The position numbers were made by a program, and so were the translations under genes. Shown one piece after another: positions 1 to 10,294 of a DNA stretch of 64,000 bases (position 1 is its first letter; each line of letters begins with the position of its first letter). The notes under the pieces are model-generated. The model was not told where the DNA came from, made no database searches, and saw only the letters and a program-made list of their open reading frames with translations. The DNA is from Malacoraja senta (lineage: Eukaryota). The DNA is taken from the NCBI GenBank assembly GCA_038087875.1, contig JAXLNO010002938.1, positions 558,001 through 622,000 on the forward strand. Reading direction: 5' to 3'.

Positions 1-591
1 AATTTGCTAATGTACTTTTAATACCTTCATCTAAATCATTAATATATATTGCAAATATCTATTAGCCTTGCAGTACCCCACTAGTCACTGCCTACCATTC
101 TTAACGGGACCCGTTATTTCCTACACTTTGTTTCCTGTCTGCCAACCAATTTTCTATCCATGTCAGCACTCTACCCCCAAAATCATGTGCTCTAATTTAG
201 CCCGATAATCTCCTATGTGGGACCTTTTCAAATGCTTTCTGAAAGTCCAGATACACTACATCCACTGGTTCTCCCTTTTGCATTATCCTGATTACATCCT
301 CAAACAATTCTAGAAGATTCGTCAAGCATGATTTCCCTTCGTAAATCCATGCTGACTCGGACCAATCCTGCTACTACTATTCAAATGTGCCGCTATTTCA
401 TATTTTATTGTTGTCTCCAGCATCTTCCCCACCACCGAAGTCAGGCTAACTGGCCTATAATTCCCTGTTTTCTCTCTGCCACCCTTCTTAAAGAGTGGGA
501 TAACATTACCTACACTCCAATCCACAGGAACTGATCCTGAATCTATAAAACATTTGAAAATGTTCACCAACGCGAGCATGATTTCTAGAAC

Positions 592-2072
592 TGTAGATTG
601 ATGATGCATGTGAACCAATCACTAACTCCACCCCATTATAACATTTATACTAACGCCCAGGAGCCGACTCCACACTGGCACGCGCCCGGGATCTGTTCTA
701 CTGGCCCTGAATGGCCACGTACATCCGGGACCGCGTATCCTCCTGCCTCATTTGCAACAATCTTACGCCTCATCAGCAGCGGCAACCCCTTCTGCAACAA
801 CCTCCACCAGCACTGCCTTGGTCGTCGCTGGCTGCGGACATTTTCGAAAGGTGCGGTAAGCACTACCTCGTTCTTGTCGACTCTTTTTCCGACTGGTTTG
901 AACTTGACCAACTGACCTCCCTCACGTCTCAGATGGTCATCAAGAAGCTGAAAAGACACTTCTCAGCCTATGGCGCTCCTGTCATCTTGAGAACCGACAA
1001 CGGTCCACAATTCACCAGCCACTTGTTCAAACTTTTCGCAGACCGATGGAACTTCCAGCACGTCACAAGCAGTCCCGAGTATCCACAGAGTAATGGACTC
1101 GCTGAACGCGCTGTCAGAAGCGCCAAGCACTTGCTGGAGGGAGCGCGCATTTCAAAGTCAGACGTCTATCTCGATCTCATGAATCTCAAAAACATCGCCA
1201 GAGACGGAACCTTGGGGTCACCAGCACAGCGTCTGCTGTCGAGAGTGACGAGGTCTCCGGTCCCCATCGCACAACGGCAGCTGGTCCCTCGGGTGTTGAA
1301 GCCCGCCATTGTCCAGCAACGTCTCCAAGAGAAGCACGACATCCAGAAACGGACATACGACAGTTCCAGCAGACCAGCCTCTACTGCCGGGCCATGTCGT
1401 CCGTCTACGAACTTCAACTGGACATTCTCGTCTGGGCATTGTTGTACGCCCGACTGATGAGCCGCGATCGTACCTTGTGGACTGTGAGGGAGCGGTATAC
1501 CGGAGAAGTCGACAACACCTGCTTGCTGCGAAGGAGCCCCGACCACCGCCTGCTGATCCCTATGCCCCGCCGCTCCAGTTCCAGCCGCCTTTTGCAGTGT
1601 CTCCCGCCCGTCCCCGCATGCCTTGCATCCCCACGTCCCTCGGTCTCCAATAACCACGGGGTTACACCTACCGCATGGTTTCCCTTCTCGGTCACCACAA
1701 GCCTCTCCCGTGCGATTTTCACCTTCAGCCTCTCCGCCTAATCCTTCAGTTGAGGGAGGGGATGGATGGGTCCGCACGCGCTCAGGCCGTGTTAGTAGTC
1801 CACCAGACTGGTATGGCGAGTATGTTTAATATACTTCCTTTCCACATTTAATCTTTAGGGGGAAGGATGTAGATTGATGATGCATGTGAACCAATCGCAG
1901 TTAGCCAGCATCACTAACTCCACCCCATTATAACTTTTTTACTAACGCCCATTCCAGCACCGTTAGTTGAAGCAGCTAGGATGAACTGACAACACCTTGT
2001 TTTGTAATGCTGCCATGTTACAGTGCTGATTAAAGATGTGTGCAAATCTTACACAGTCTCAAGTGATTTACA
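592..2072 (+). mobile_element. Internally deleted Ty3/Gypsy LTR retrotransposon with 5-bp TSD
   Basis: TG...CA termini. TSD AGAAC at 587-591 and 2073-2077. Truncated 5' LTR (592-~660) matches the start of the 3' LTR (1868-2072). Polypurine tract AGGGGGAAGGA at 1857-1867 abuts the 3' LTR. Confidence 0.92.
660..1829 (+). pseudogene. Gypsy-type integrase (zinc finger, DDE core, C-terminus), disrupted
   Basis: GADSTLARARDLFYWP*MATYIRDRVSSCLIC, then the core (LAADIF...LVLVDSFS...LRTDNGPQF...SSPEYPQSNGLAERAVR). Frameshift near 1390 into PLLPGHVVRLRT; ends TRSGRVSSPPDWYGEYV. TGA at 708-710. Confidence 0.9.
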
Positions 2073-2742
2073 AGAACCACTTCCTTAAGTACCCTGGGAT
2101 GCAGACCATCAGGCCCTGGGGATTTATCAGTCTTCAGTCCCATCACTCTACCCAGCACCATTTTCTGCCTAATGCGAGTCTACTTCGGTTCCTCCGTCAC
2201 CCCAGAACCTCTGGCAACTAGTACATCAGGAAGATTGTATGTGTCCTCCGTAGTGAAGACGGATCCAAAGTACCTGTTCAACTAATCTTCCATTTCCTTG
2301 TTCCCCATAATAAATTCACCCTTTTCGGTCTTCAACGGTCCAACTTTGGCCTTTACTAGTTTTTTCATCTTCACTACCCTAAACAAGCTTTTTCTATCCT
2401 CCTTTAGGTTCTTGGCTAGCTTACCTTCGTACCTCATATTTTCACCCCTTGATATCTTTCTATTTTCAATATTTCTATTTTTACAAAAGTAATTTCTGTT
2501 CCATTGACGGACGCAGTTAACGCGTTAAAATGAACGGATCGACATCGATTTTAGTTGCTGTTTATTTCACTCTTCCCACATTTACATTCCCCCTGGTTTT
2601 ATTTCCGCGCTCACCGCCGATTAAATGGGAGCCGTTCAGCGTCGACCTGTTGTCAACCGGGTTTCTGCCCCACAGCCCCTGTGCCCCTGTCCCCTGTGCC
2701 CCTGTGCCCCGCTCCTGACGCCGGTCCCGGGACCCGACACTT

Positions 2743-5700
2743 TTACACACCCGGAGCGGAACCGGAGCAGATTCTCAGCCACTGGTCATTATGCCAAGTC
2801 TCGAAGAAAGGACAACGTTTGACCGTGAATGTATTCCCAGTGAAGGTGTGCAGATGGGACTTAGGGTTAAATGGGATGGAGGAGAGGTGACTGCAGCAAA
2901 TCCTCCAAACTACCACTCGATGCTCCAGATTCCAGTCTCCGGGGTCAGGTCGTCCTCTCCTTCCCTATCCACAGACTCTGCGGCGACTCGCAGACTCCAG
3001 CCCCGACACCCCGCCACCTCCACCTCCAAGTAATGTCTCCCCGATGTGAATCCCTCCGATCCCAGCACACATGGACTGTCTCTAAACCTCTTCCCGGAGT
3101 CAGGAAGACTGCTCCGGGTCCCGGTCCGTCTCGCGTTTTCCGATCCTCAGACACCTCAAGCAGCGTTTCCGCTGTTTCCACATCCAGGGTGACAGAGACT
3201 GGGGGGTGAAGCAGAGAATCAGAGAGTCCCCGGGCTCGGGGGAAGACTCCGGCAGCTCGGCACCGGGCCCCGGGGAGAAGCCGCTCGGCCTCCGGCACAG
3301 GCGGGCGGACAACTGACACCTTGCCCGCGGTTTCACCGTAACGACATCGGATGGACAACAGACATCTTCGTCAGTTTTTTCATCCGGGCTGGAGAGGGGA
3401 AATTCCGCGGCTTATCGAGAACGGGAGGGACGGGGCGTGCGGACGGGGGAACGAATGCGGAAAACGAGGACGAACGAGAGATTGCGGGTGGGGATGGTGA
3501 AAAAAGGCAGGTATTCAAATATCTTGCCAGTAGATGTCGAGGGAGAGGCTGATTGGAAGATGAGGAGACTGGTGTGAGTGGTAATTAGAGGTGGGGAACG
3601 GGAAATGTTATGGGTAGCGAGGAAGTCTGTCAAAGTCTGCAACAGGATATAGGCTAGATCACCGAAACATTGTGCTATTGCAGGGATATCAGGGCGCGGG
3701 TTTAACACGAGATGATGGCGTTTTATACTGGATCTGAGTGGTAAGTTTTCTTCACACAGATAGTGGTAGATATCTGGAATATTTTGCCAAAGGAGGTGGT
3801 GGAATCAGATGGAATTAATACATTTAAGAGGCATTGCGATTTAACAAACGAGGTGGAACATAATCTATGGTTCTAATGTGGGCAAATGGGATTAGTATGA
3901 CAGGGGGAAAAGGTGGACATTGACGCGACGGGCCGAAGGGCCTGACCCTGTAATGTACAACCATGGCTCTCTGTCTACAAGAACACTGATTGACTGATTC
4001 TTCACAGTTACCGGTGCAGGGAATTCCAATGGTTCCCCAGTCTCTGCCTGCCGTAATGTCCCCTTATCTCTGTCCTAAATGGTCCAGCCTACTACAGAAA
4101 TAACCCCCCTGCATCCAGCCTACTAAGCCCTGTAAAGACTTTGTGTTTCACTGTGAGCGCCTATAATACGCCTGAACTCTCGAGTACACATGCCTAGTCT
4201 ACGCAATTTCACCCAGCACAGCAAACCCATTCTCCCAGGAACAATGATTCGTTCAAGTATGAACTTCGCGCCCTGTCTCTGTGATACTTCCCCCAGAGTC
4301 CATTAATACCATTTATCTTCACAGATAGGTATTACATACAGATGTCTTAAAAAAAGAACAATGGAAAGGGTACTGGTTTTAACTCGTTTGATGATATCAG
4401 ATGTTTCTGTCAATGCCATATTGTAGAGAAATGTGCGATCATACTTTTCAATGGGCAACGCGCCATCTACCACCAACATTGGTTTGGTTTCATCATTAAC
4501 CCTGCAAATATTTAACAGCTGGTTAGAAACTGAGCTTTAGCTGTGTTTTTTAGCTGTTCTATAAAAACATACATTCTTTCAGTCAAAGCCAGTCCTCTTG
4601 CGACCAGCTTCTGAAATAAATAAAACACAAATCTCAATAGACTGAGATGCAGCGTCATGATCCCGACGGCGGGTATTTCAACAAATTGGAACAAAAAACA
4701 CTTCTGCTAATTCCCACTTCCCAACTCTTTGCCGCTGTCGCACAGACAGAAAGTGGATATTGTCGGAGAGACATCGAACACGGAGGAAATATTAGGAATG
4801 TCAATGGTACGCAGGTACGCAACTTACGAGTAAGACTGGGCAGATATCAGAGATAACGGGATGGAACATTTTAAGATCATGCGGCGGATTTTGAACGGGT
4901 GGGGGTTGGAAATATTATCACTACTTGTGGGGAGAAGAAAAATAAAACCTGAAATGTAAGATGGCCTTTAAGAAACTGCATAAGAACTGCAGAAAAGTAA
5001 ATGCGTAACTCACTGGACATCCTGAAGAAAATATTGCAGGTAAACTTAAGTTTAACTGGGATAAATACACGAGGATTCCTGGAATGTAGAGCATTATTGT
5101 TGGATGTGGTGAGTAGATGGAACAGAGGGAACATTGATACAGTTCTGAATTACTGGTAATTACAGCATTTCTTTCAGAAATGTAACCAACCATTTTGAAA
5201 CTGTGCACTTTCACTTCGCCAAACTGTAGTGTAACCCCCCACCTACAGAAATATCACGCCGTTCCTCCAGAATGGAAATTAAATTCTCTTGAATCTCTTG
5301 AAGATTGTCTTCATTCTTTTTACATTTCTTCTTCACCTCTTCTCTCTTCTCTTCCTCCAGGATATCTCCAAATAAGCGCTGCTCTTTCTCAGTGAGAATC
5401 TGTTGCAGTTCAGCAAACTGGGATGGGGTCTGTGACTGAAGGTTACGAGACGCTTCCTGTCAAATGAAAGATAACAATCAATATATTATACCACTCTGCT
5501 GTGTTTCCTCATGACATGGAAGGTGACATTTGGCAAGTGAATGTCTGGTCCTGGAGTGCAGAAATAGGCCCTTCGCCCAAATTTGTCCATGCTGGGCTCG
5601 GTACCTATTTACACTAATTCCATTTACCTGTATTTATCCAAAGATGTCATTACTTCGGCAATTCAAGAGATCGTCTTAATAAATCTGAAATATTTAGTGA

Positions 5701-6990
5701 AAGTAATGTGCAAGCACATCATTTCAATTTCCTCAGTACAATTCCCTGCAACCTATTCCATTAATCCTCACTGGACAGAACCAGGTCTCCAGAACTAGCA
5801 GACAACAATACCACTTAGAACGACACCCCGTCTGTGCAATCTCCACTTGTATGGAATTGGCCCAGCTAGTATTCTCAGCACGAATTTGTTCAAATATATT
5901 TTAAATATTGTTAATGATACCTGACTCAACTACCTCCCCCGAAGAAGGGTTTCGGCCCGAAACGTTGCCTATTTCCTTCGCTCCATAGATGCTGCTGCAC
6001 CCGCTGAGTTTCTCCAGCATTTTTGCGTACCTTCGATTTTCCAGCATCTGCAGTTCCTTCTTTAATACATCCCCTGGCAGCTCGTTCCATATACCCACGA
6101 CCAAAGCTGTCCATCATTTTCGGGTACATCTTTTCCCTCTCACATTAAACATATGGCCACGAATGCTCGTTCCCCCTACTAAGGGTAAAAGACTGAGCAT
6201 CCACCCTATCATTTCGTTTCATGACATTTTACACCTGCAATACACCATTCTTCAGACTCCTGTACCCCAGGGAGTAAAGTCCTTGACTGCTCAACCGCTC
6301 CCAATATCTCGAGTCCTCGACCACAGAGCTCTATAGAATTGCTCACTTATTATACGCATCATAGAGATCAAATGTACCCAAAAATACTTAAATCGATAGT
6401 ATAAAGCCTCACCTGAAAAACGGAAATGCTCTCTTTCTGATCCTGCTCCATTTCCTGGATCTCTAATTTCATTTCTGTGAGAGATTCGAAATAAGTTTTC
6501 ATCTGATCCTGAGGTTGGGTTTCAGATCAGAGAATAAAAATGTCAGACAATAAAGAAAAGATTAGACAGTGATGTGATCAAAATTGATTTCGCTTTACCT
6601 TGTAGATTTCAACAGCTTCATCTACCGGCATGAAGCTGTGAGACTTGTGGTCCCGCCCAGCCGCACAAATCACACATATCAGTTTTTTGTCCGTTTCACA
6701 AAATAGTTTCAATTTTTCCTGATGTATCTCGCAGTGATGTTTACTTTCCTTCTCTTCGGGCTCAGTGTTCAGCTCAGTCTCGCCAAGGCCCGATTAACTT
6801 CGAGGGTGCGATCTGCAAACCCCTCTCTACATTCCGGGCAGGAGTTTCTCCCCTTCCTGTCCCAACTCTGTGTGATACAGGAGCGGCAGAATTTGTGCCC
6901 ACACTCCAGTACCACCAGATCGATGAAATCCAGGCAGATGGGACAAACAGCCTCATCAGTAAAACTCTCGACCCGGTATTTCGAAGCCAA
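2743..6990 (-). pseudogene. TRIM (RING-B-box2-coiled coil-PRY/SPRY) pseudogene, tandem paralog of the intact TRIM gene
   Basis: Exons by homology to the intact copy: 6990-6599 (RING+B-box; ATG->TTG, TGA at 6771-6769, B-box in another frame), 6508-6413 (96 bp), 5456-5243 (rearranged coiled coil), degenerate mini-exon ~4615-4597, 4501-4383 (119 bp; donor GT->TT), 3198-2743 (PRY/SPRY with 1-bp frameshift ~3135, TAG at 2912-2910 and a ~85-bp deletion). Confidence 0.9.
5940..6062 (+). mobile_element. Penelope-like terminal repeat fragment inside a CR1 3' fragment
   Basis: GAAGAAGGGTTTCGGCCCGAAACGTTGCCTATTTCC...CTCCAGCATTTTTG is nearly identical to 36210-36335 and related to the sequence after the Penelope endonuclease end at 56245. 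Confidence 0.6.
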
Positions 6991-8569
6991 TTTAACTTTC
7001 GGCAATTCCTGGTTCAAATTGTTTTCCGCTACGCAATGTTATTTGGCTGCAAGGGTTCAGTGTGAAGATGTCCTGACCACTTTCAACTAATCACACGAGG
7101 GAGGGGTCGGTTAGACATTAAACCGGCCTGAATATAGACTAAAGAGTAGAGATTGCCCTGGGATCGTCTAAGGCAGGACGGAAGGGTCGTGGTCCGGCGC
7201 TAAGGAGGTGTAACTGACGAGGCGTTGCACCTGTTGGGCAGTGGATCCCGCCGCCCGCATCTCATTTCACAGCCCGAGAACAAGATGGAAGTAACCATAT
7301 TTTAATCCACATCAGCACACTCGTCTCTCACGCTGCAGTCTTCAGATGTATCTATATTTGGAGAAGCCGTATATCAGGTCATATTAAGGATGGTCAGTTT
7401 GGAGTAATATGTTCAGTTTACTTCACTCTGCAGTATGAAGAATGTCGACAAACTAGAATGTGTGTGGAGAATACTTATGAGGTTGTTGCCAGGACCTGAG
7501 GACCTCACTATCGGGAGAGATTGGGCAGACTAGGACCTAATTCCTTAGGGCACAGGAGGATGAGGGGTGATCTTATTGCGGTATGTGAGATAGTGACGGG
7601 AATAATCCCGGATTTAAACATGGTTATTGATTGAAGGGCCGCAATCTAATAGGAACTGGTGAACTCGAGGCATCAACTGGAGGTTGTGGTGCGGTGGCGA
7701 GGCACCGATTTAGGTATCGAACGAGGAATCCAGTGGCACAATCCAGAGACATAATTTTAAGTATATTCCCGCAACTTAAATACAGTTAATCACCTCAAAT
7801 GCTTGAAAAAATAAACTGAATAGAAGAACGATGACTCGCTCTTTTTTTTATGTTTAAGGTCCATCTCCTTCAAAGAGGTTGAGGATCAAATGTCCTTGGA
7901 GATGGCCGAGCGATCTACTCGCAAGACAATTAGGGATGTCCAATAAATGCTGGTCTTGCAGCGACATCGATATCCCGAGAAATTGATCACATACTTACAT
8001 CACTTCCTTAATAGGAAAGTTAAGTAATGTTTATTAAGAATATCAGTTTATTAACCGATGAGGTTGATTAAAAATAACGCTAATAATAGCACCATGTATA
8101 ACTCAATTTGGACATTCCGGTGGCTCCTGTGCTCGCTCCTGTTCGTTTCTCTCGTTATGCCGGGCTCTGGTTCTGTCACCGCCGCTGCTGCCTCGTCGGT
8201 GACGGCCTCCAGCATCGAAATGTATTCATTCTCCCTGCCCCAGATTCATTTTCCCCGAGGGGAAAGGATCAGGGTGACTGGGGAGGGGTGGGAGATGATG
8301 ACAACAATGTGTGCACTCAAATTTCCAGTCATCTCCCCCCCCCCCCCGCTCTCTTTCCCCTTTCCCTTCCCCTACAAAATCAGTGTGCGCATCTGATCTT
8401 CTAGAGGTATTTTGATCTTACAGAGTTGTATAAAATCACGAGAGGAATAGATCGGGTAGATGCACAGAGTCTCTTGCCCAGAGTAGGGGAATCGAGGACC
8501 AGAGGACATAGGCTCAAGGTGAAGGGGGAAAGATTGAATAGGAATCTGACGGTTCTACAGGAGGTGCTG

Positions 8570-8905
8570 TCACAAAAATGCAGGCAGCATCATTAGAGAC
8601 CCACAACACCCTGGCCGCGCTCTCATCTCGCTGCTACCATCGGGAAGAAGTGCAGGAGCCTGAAAACTCCATCGGCCATACATCCATTAAACCTCCAACC
8701 TCCAAATACACTACAAACTATATGAACTTGTGGGAATTAGATTTTGACTTTGAACTACCATTTTCTATTTATTTATGTGCGTTTGTTTTTATATGCACTG
8801 ATGTTTTTTCTGTGTATCCTGGGTTTTACAGAGCCGTGTGCTGTTGCAAGCACGTATTTAATTGCTTTGTGTCGGCACACATGACAAAAAAACACTCTTG
8901 ACTCT
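8570..8905 (+). mobile_element. 3' fragment of a Rex1/L2-type LINE
   Basis: Degenerate RT C-terminus (SIIRDPQHPGRALISLLPSGR), followed by a 3' UTR ending in ATGACAAAAAAACAC. Confidence 0.55.
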
Positions 8906-9183
8906 AATATTTAGTTTAGGGAAACAGGCCCTTCGGCCGTGCCGACCAGCGATCCCCGCACATTAAGTACACACGCTGGGGACAATTTACATTTACACCA
9001 AGGCCAAAAAAATCTACAAACCTGTTTTTCTTTGGCGAGTGGGAGGAAAACAGAAGACCTCGGTGAAAAAACACGCAGGTCACGGGGAGAACGTACAAAC
9101 TCCGTACAGATAGCACCTGTAATCGGGATCAAACCCGGGTCTCTGGCGCTGAGAGGCTGCCACTCTACCGCTGCCCCACCTTG
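8905..9183 (-). mobile_element. tRNA-derived V-SINE (HE1-like)
   Basis: Minus strand has A box TGGGGCAGCGGTAGAG, B box GGGTTTGATCCCG, V-domain GTTCTCCCCGTG...CTCCCAC, and a CR1-like tail GGCCGAAGGGCCTGTTTC. Confidence 0.8.
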
Positions 9184-9761
9184 CACAGGCAGTTGTACTA
9201 CAACCGTCCTTTAATTCATTAAATTATGTTTATGTCGTGGGCAGCTCGAAGCACTCATTGGCTGTCAAAGCAAAGTTTATACCAATTTCCTCCCTCATTG
9301 GGTTTGAATCCATTCTTCGAAAGATCAGTTCCGAAGAAAAATAATCTGTTGTGTGGAGAGCAAATGCTGCAAACTCGCTATGAATTTAATGAGTCGGCGG
9401 ACCTTAGGACCCGGGGGAGCCCGGAGATCAGGACCCGACGCCCCCGGCTGCTGCTGAACCCGCGGGAAGGGCGATTGTTTCAATCTTTATATTTTCACAA
9501 AAGTAATTTCTGTTCCGTTGCCAGACGCGGTTAACGCGTTAAAATGAACGTATCGACAGACAGCTCTAATTTCAGTTGCTGTTTATTTCACTCTTCCCAC
9601 ATTTACATTGCCCCTGGTTTATTTCCGCGTTCACTGGGGTTTCACGACGCGGAATTTGGGGATTAAATGGGAGCCGTTAAGGGCCGACCTGTTGTCCACC
9701 GGGTTTCTGCCCCACGGCCGCTGAGCCCCGCTCCTGACACCGGTCCCGGGACCCGACCTTT

Positions 9762-10294
9762 TTACATACCAGTTGCGGAACCGGAGCAGATTCTCAGCCA
9801 CTGGTCTTCATGCCAAGGCTCGAAGAAAGGATACAGTTTCTCCGTAAATTTATTCCCAGTGAAGGTGTGGAGATGGGACTTGGTGTCCGAATCGTAAAAT
9901 GAAACAGTCCCGGACTCGTAACTGAGATAAATTCCCACCCTCCCGGGGATGGAACGGGCGGGGAGAGGGGATGGAAGGGAGGTGAATGCAACAAACCCGT
10001 CACCCCACCGCCCGATGCTCCAGACTCCAGTCTCCGGGGTCAGTGTGGCCCGTATCTTCCTCTCCACAGATTCTGCGGCGACTCCCAGACTCCAGCGCTG
10101 ACTCCCCGCCACCTCCACCTCCCAGTAATGTCTCCCCGATGTGAATCCCTCCGATCCCAGCGCACACCGCCAGCCTGTAAACCTCTTCCCAGTGTCCGGG
10201 AGACTCCTCCGAGTCCCGCTCAGTCTCACCCTCTTTCGATCTTCAGACACCTCGAGCAGCGCATGAGCTGTGTCCACATCCAGGTTGACGGAGA
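9762..10294 (-). CDS. TRIM terminal exon: PRY/SPRY (B30.2) domain
   Basis: Acceptor TTCTCTTCCCAG. Reads VSVNLDVDTAHALLEVSEDRKRV...LGSEGFTSGRHYWEVEVAG...WSLGVA...VGIYLSYESGTVSFY...FTEKLYPFF; TAA at 9764-9762. Confidence 0.95.

Larger units (their letters stand above)
1..2480 (-). mobile_element. CR1-clade LINE ORF2 fragment, split by the LTR element at 592-2072
   Basis: ORF 322-618 encodes a CR1 RT N-terminal stretch (PVDWSVGNVIPLFKKGGREKTGNYRPVSLTSVVGKMLE). The CR1 sequence ATTTCTAGAAC stops at 591 and resumes as AGAACCACTTCCTTAAGTACCCTGGG at 2073. Confidence 0.9.

Noticed and set aside
6722-7090. 122-aa plus-strand ORF with a signal-peptide-like start
   Set aside because: Antisense shadow of the TRIM pseudogene RING exon.
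8058-8396. 112-aa ORF with a hydrophobic segment
   Set aside because: No recognisable domain or splice context; may be a CpG-rich 5' region of the TRIM pseudogene, but this is unsupported.
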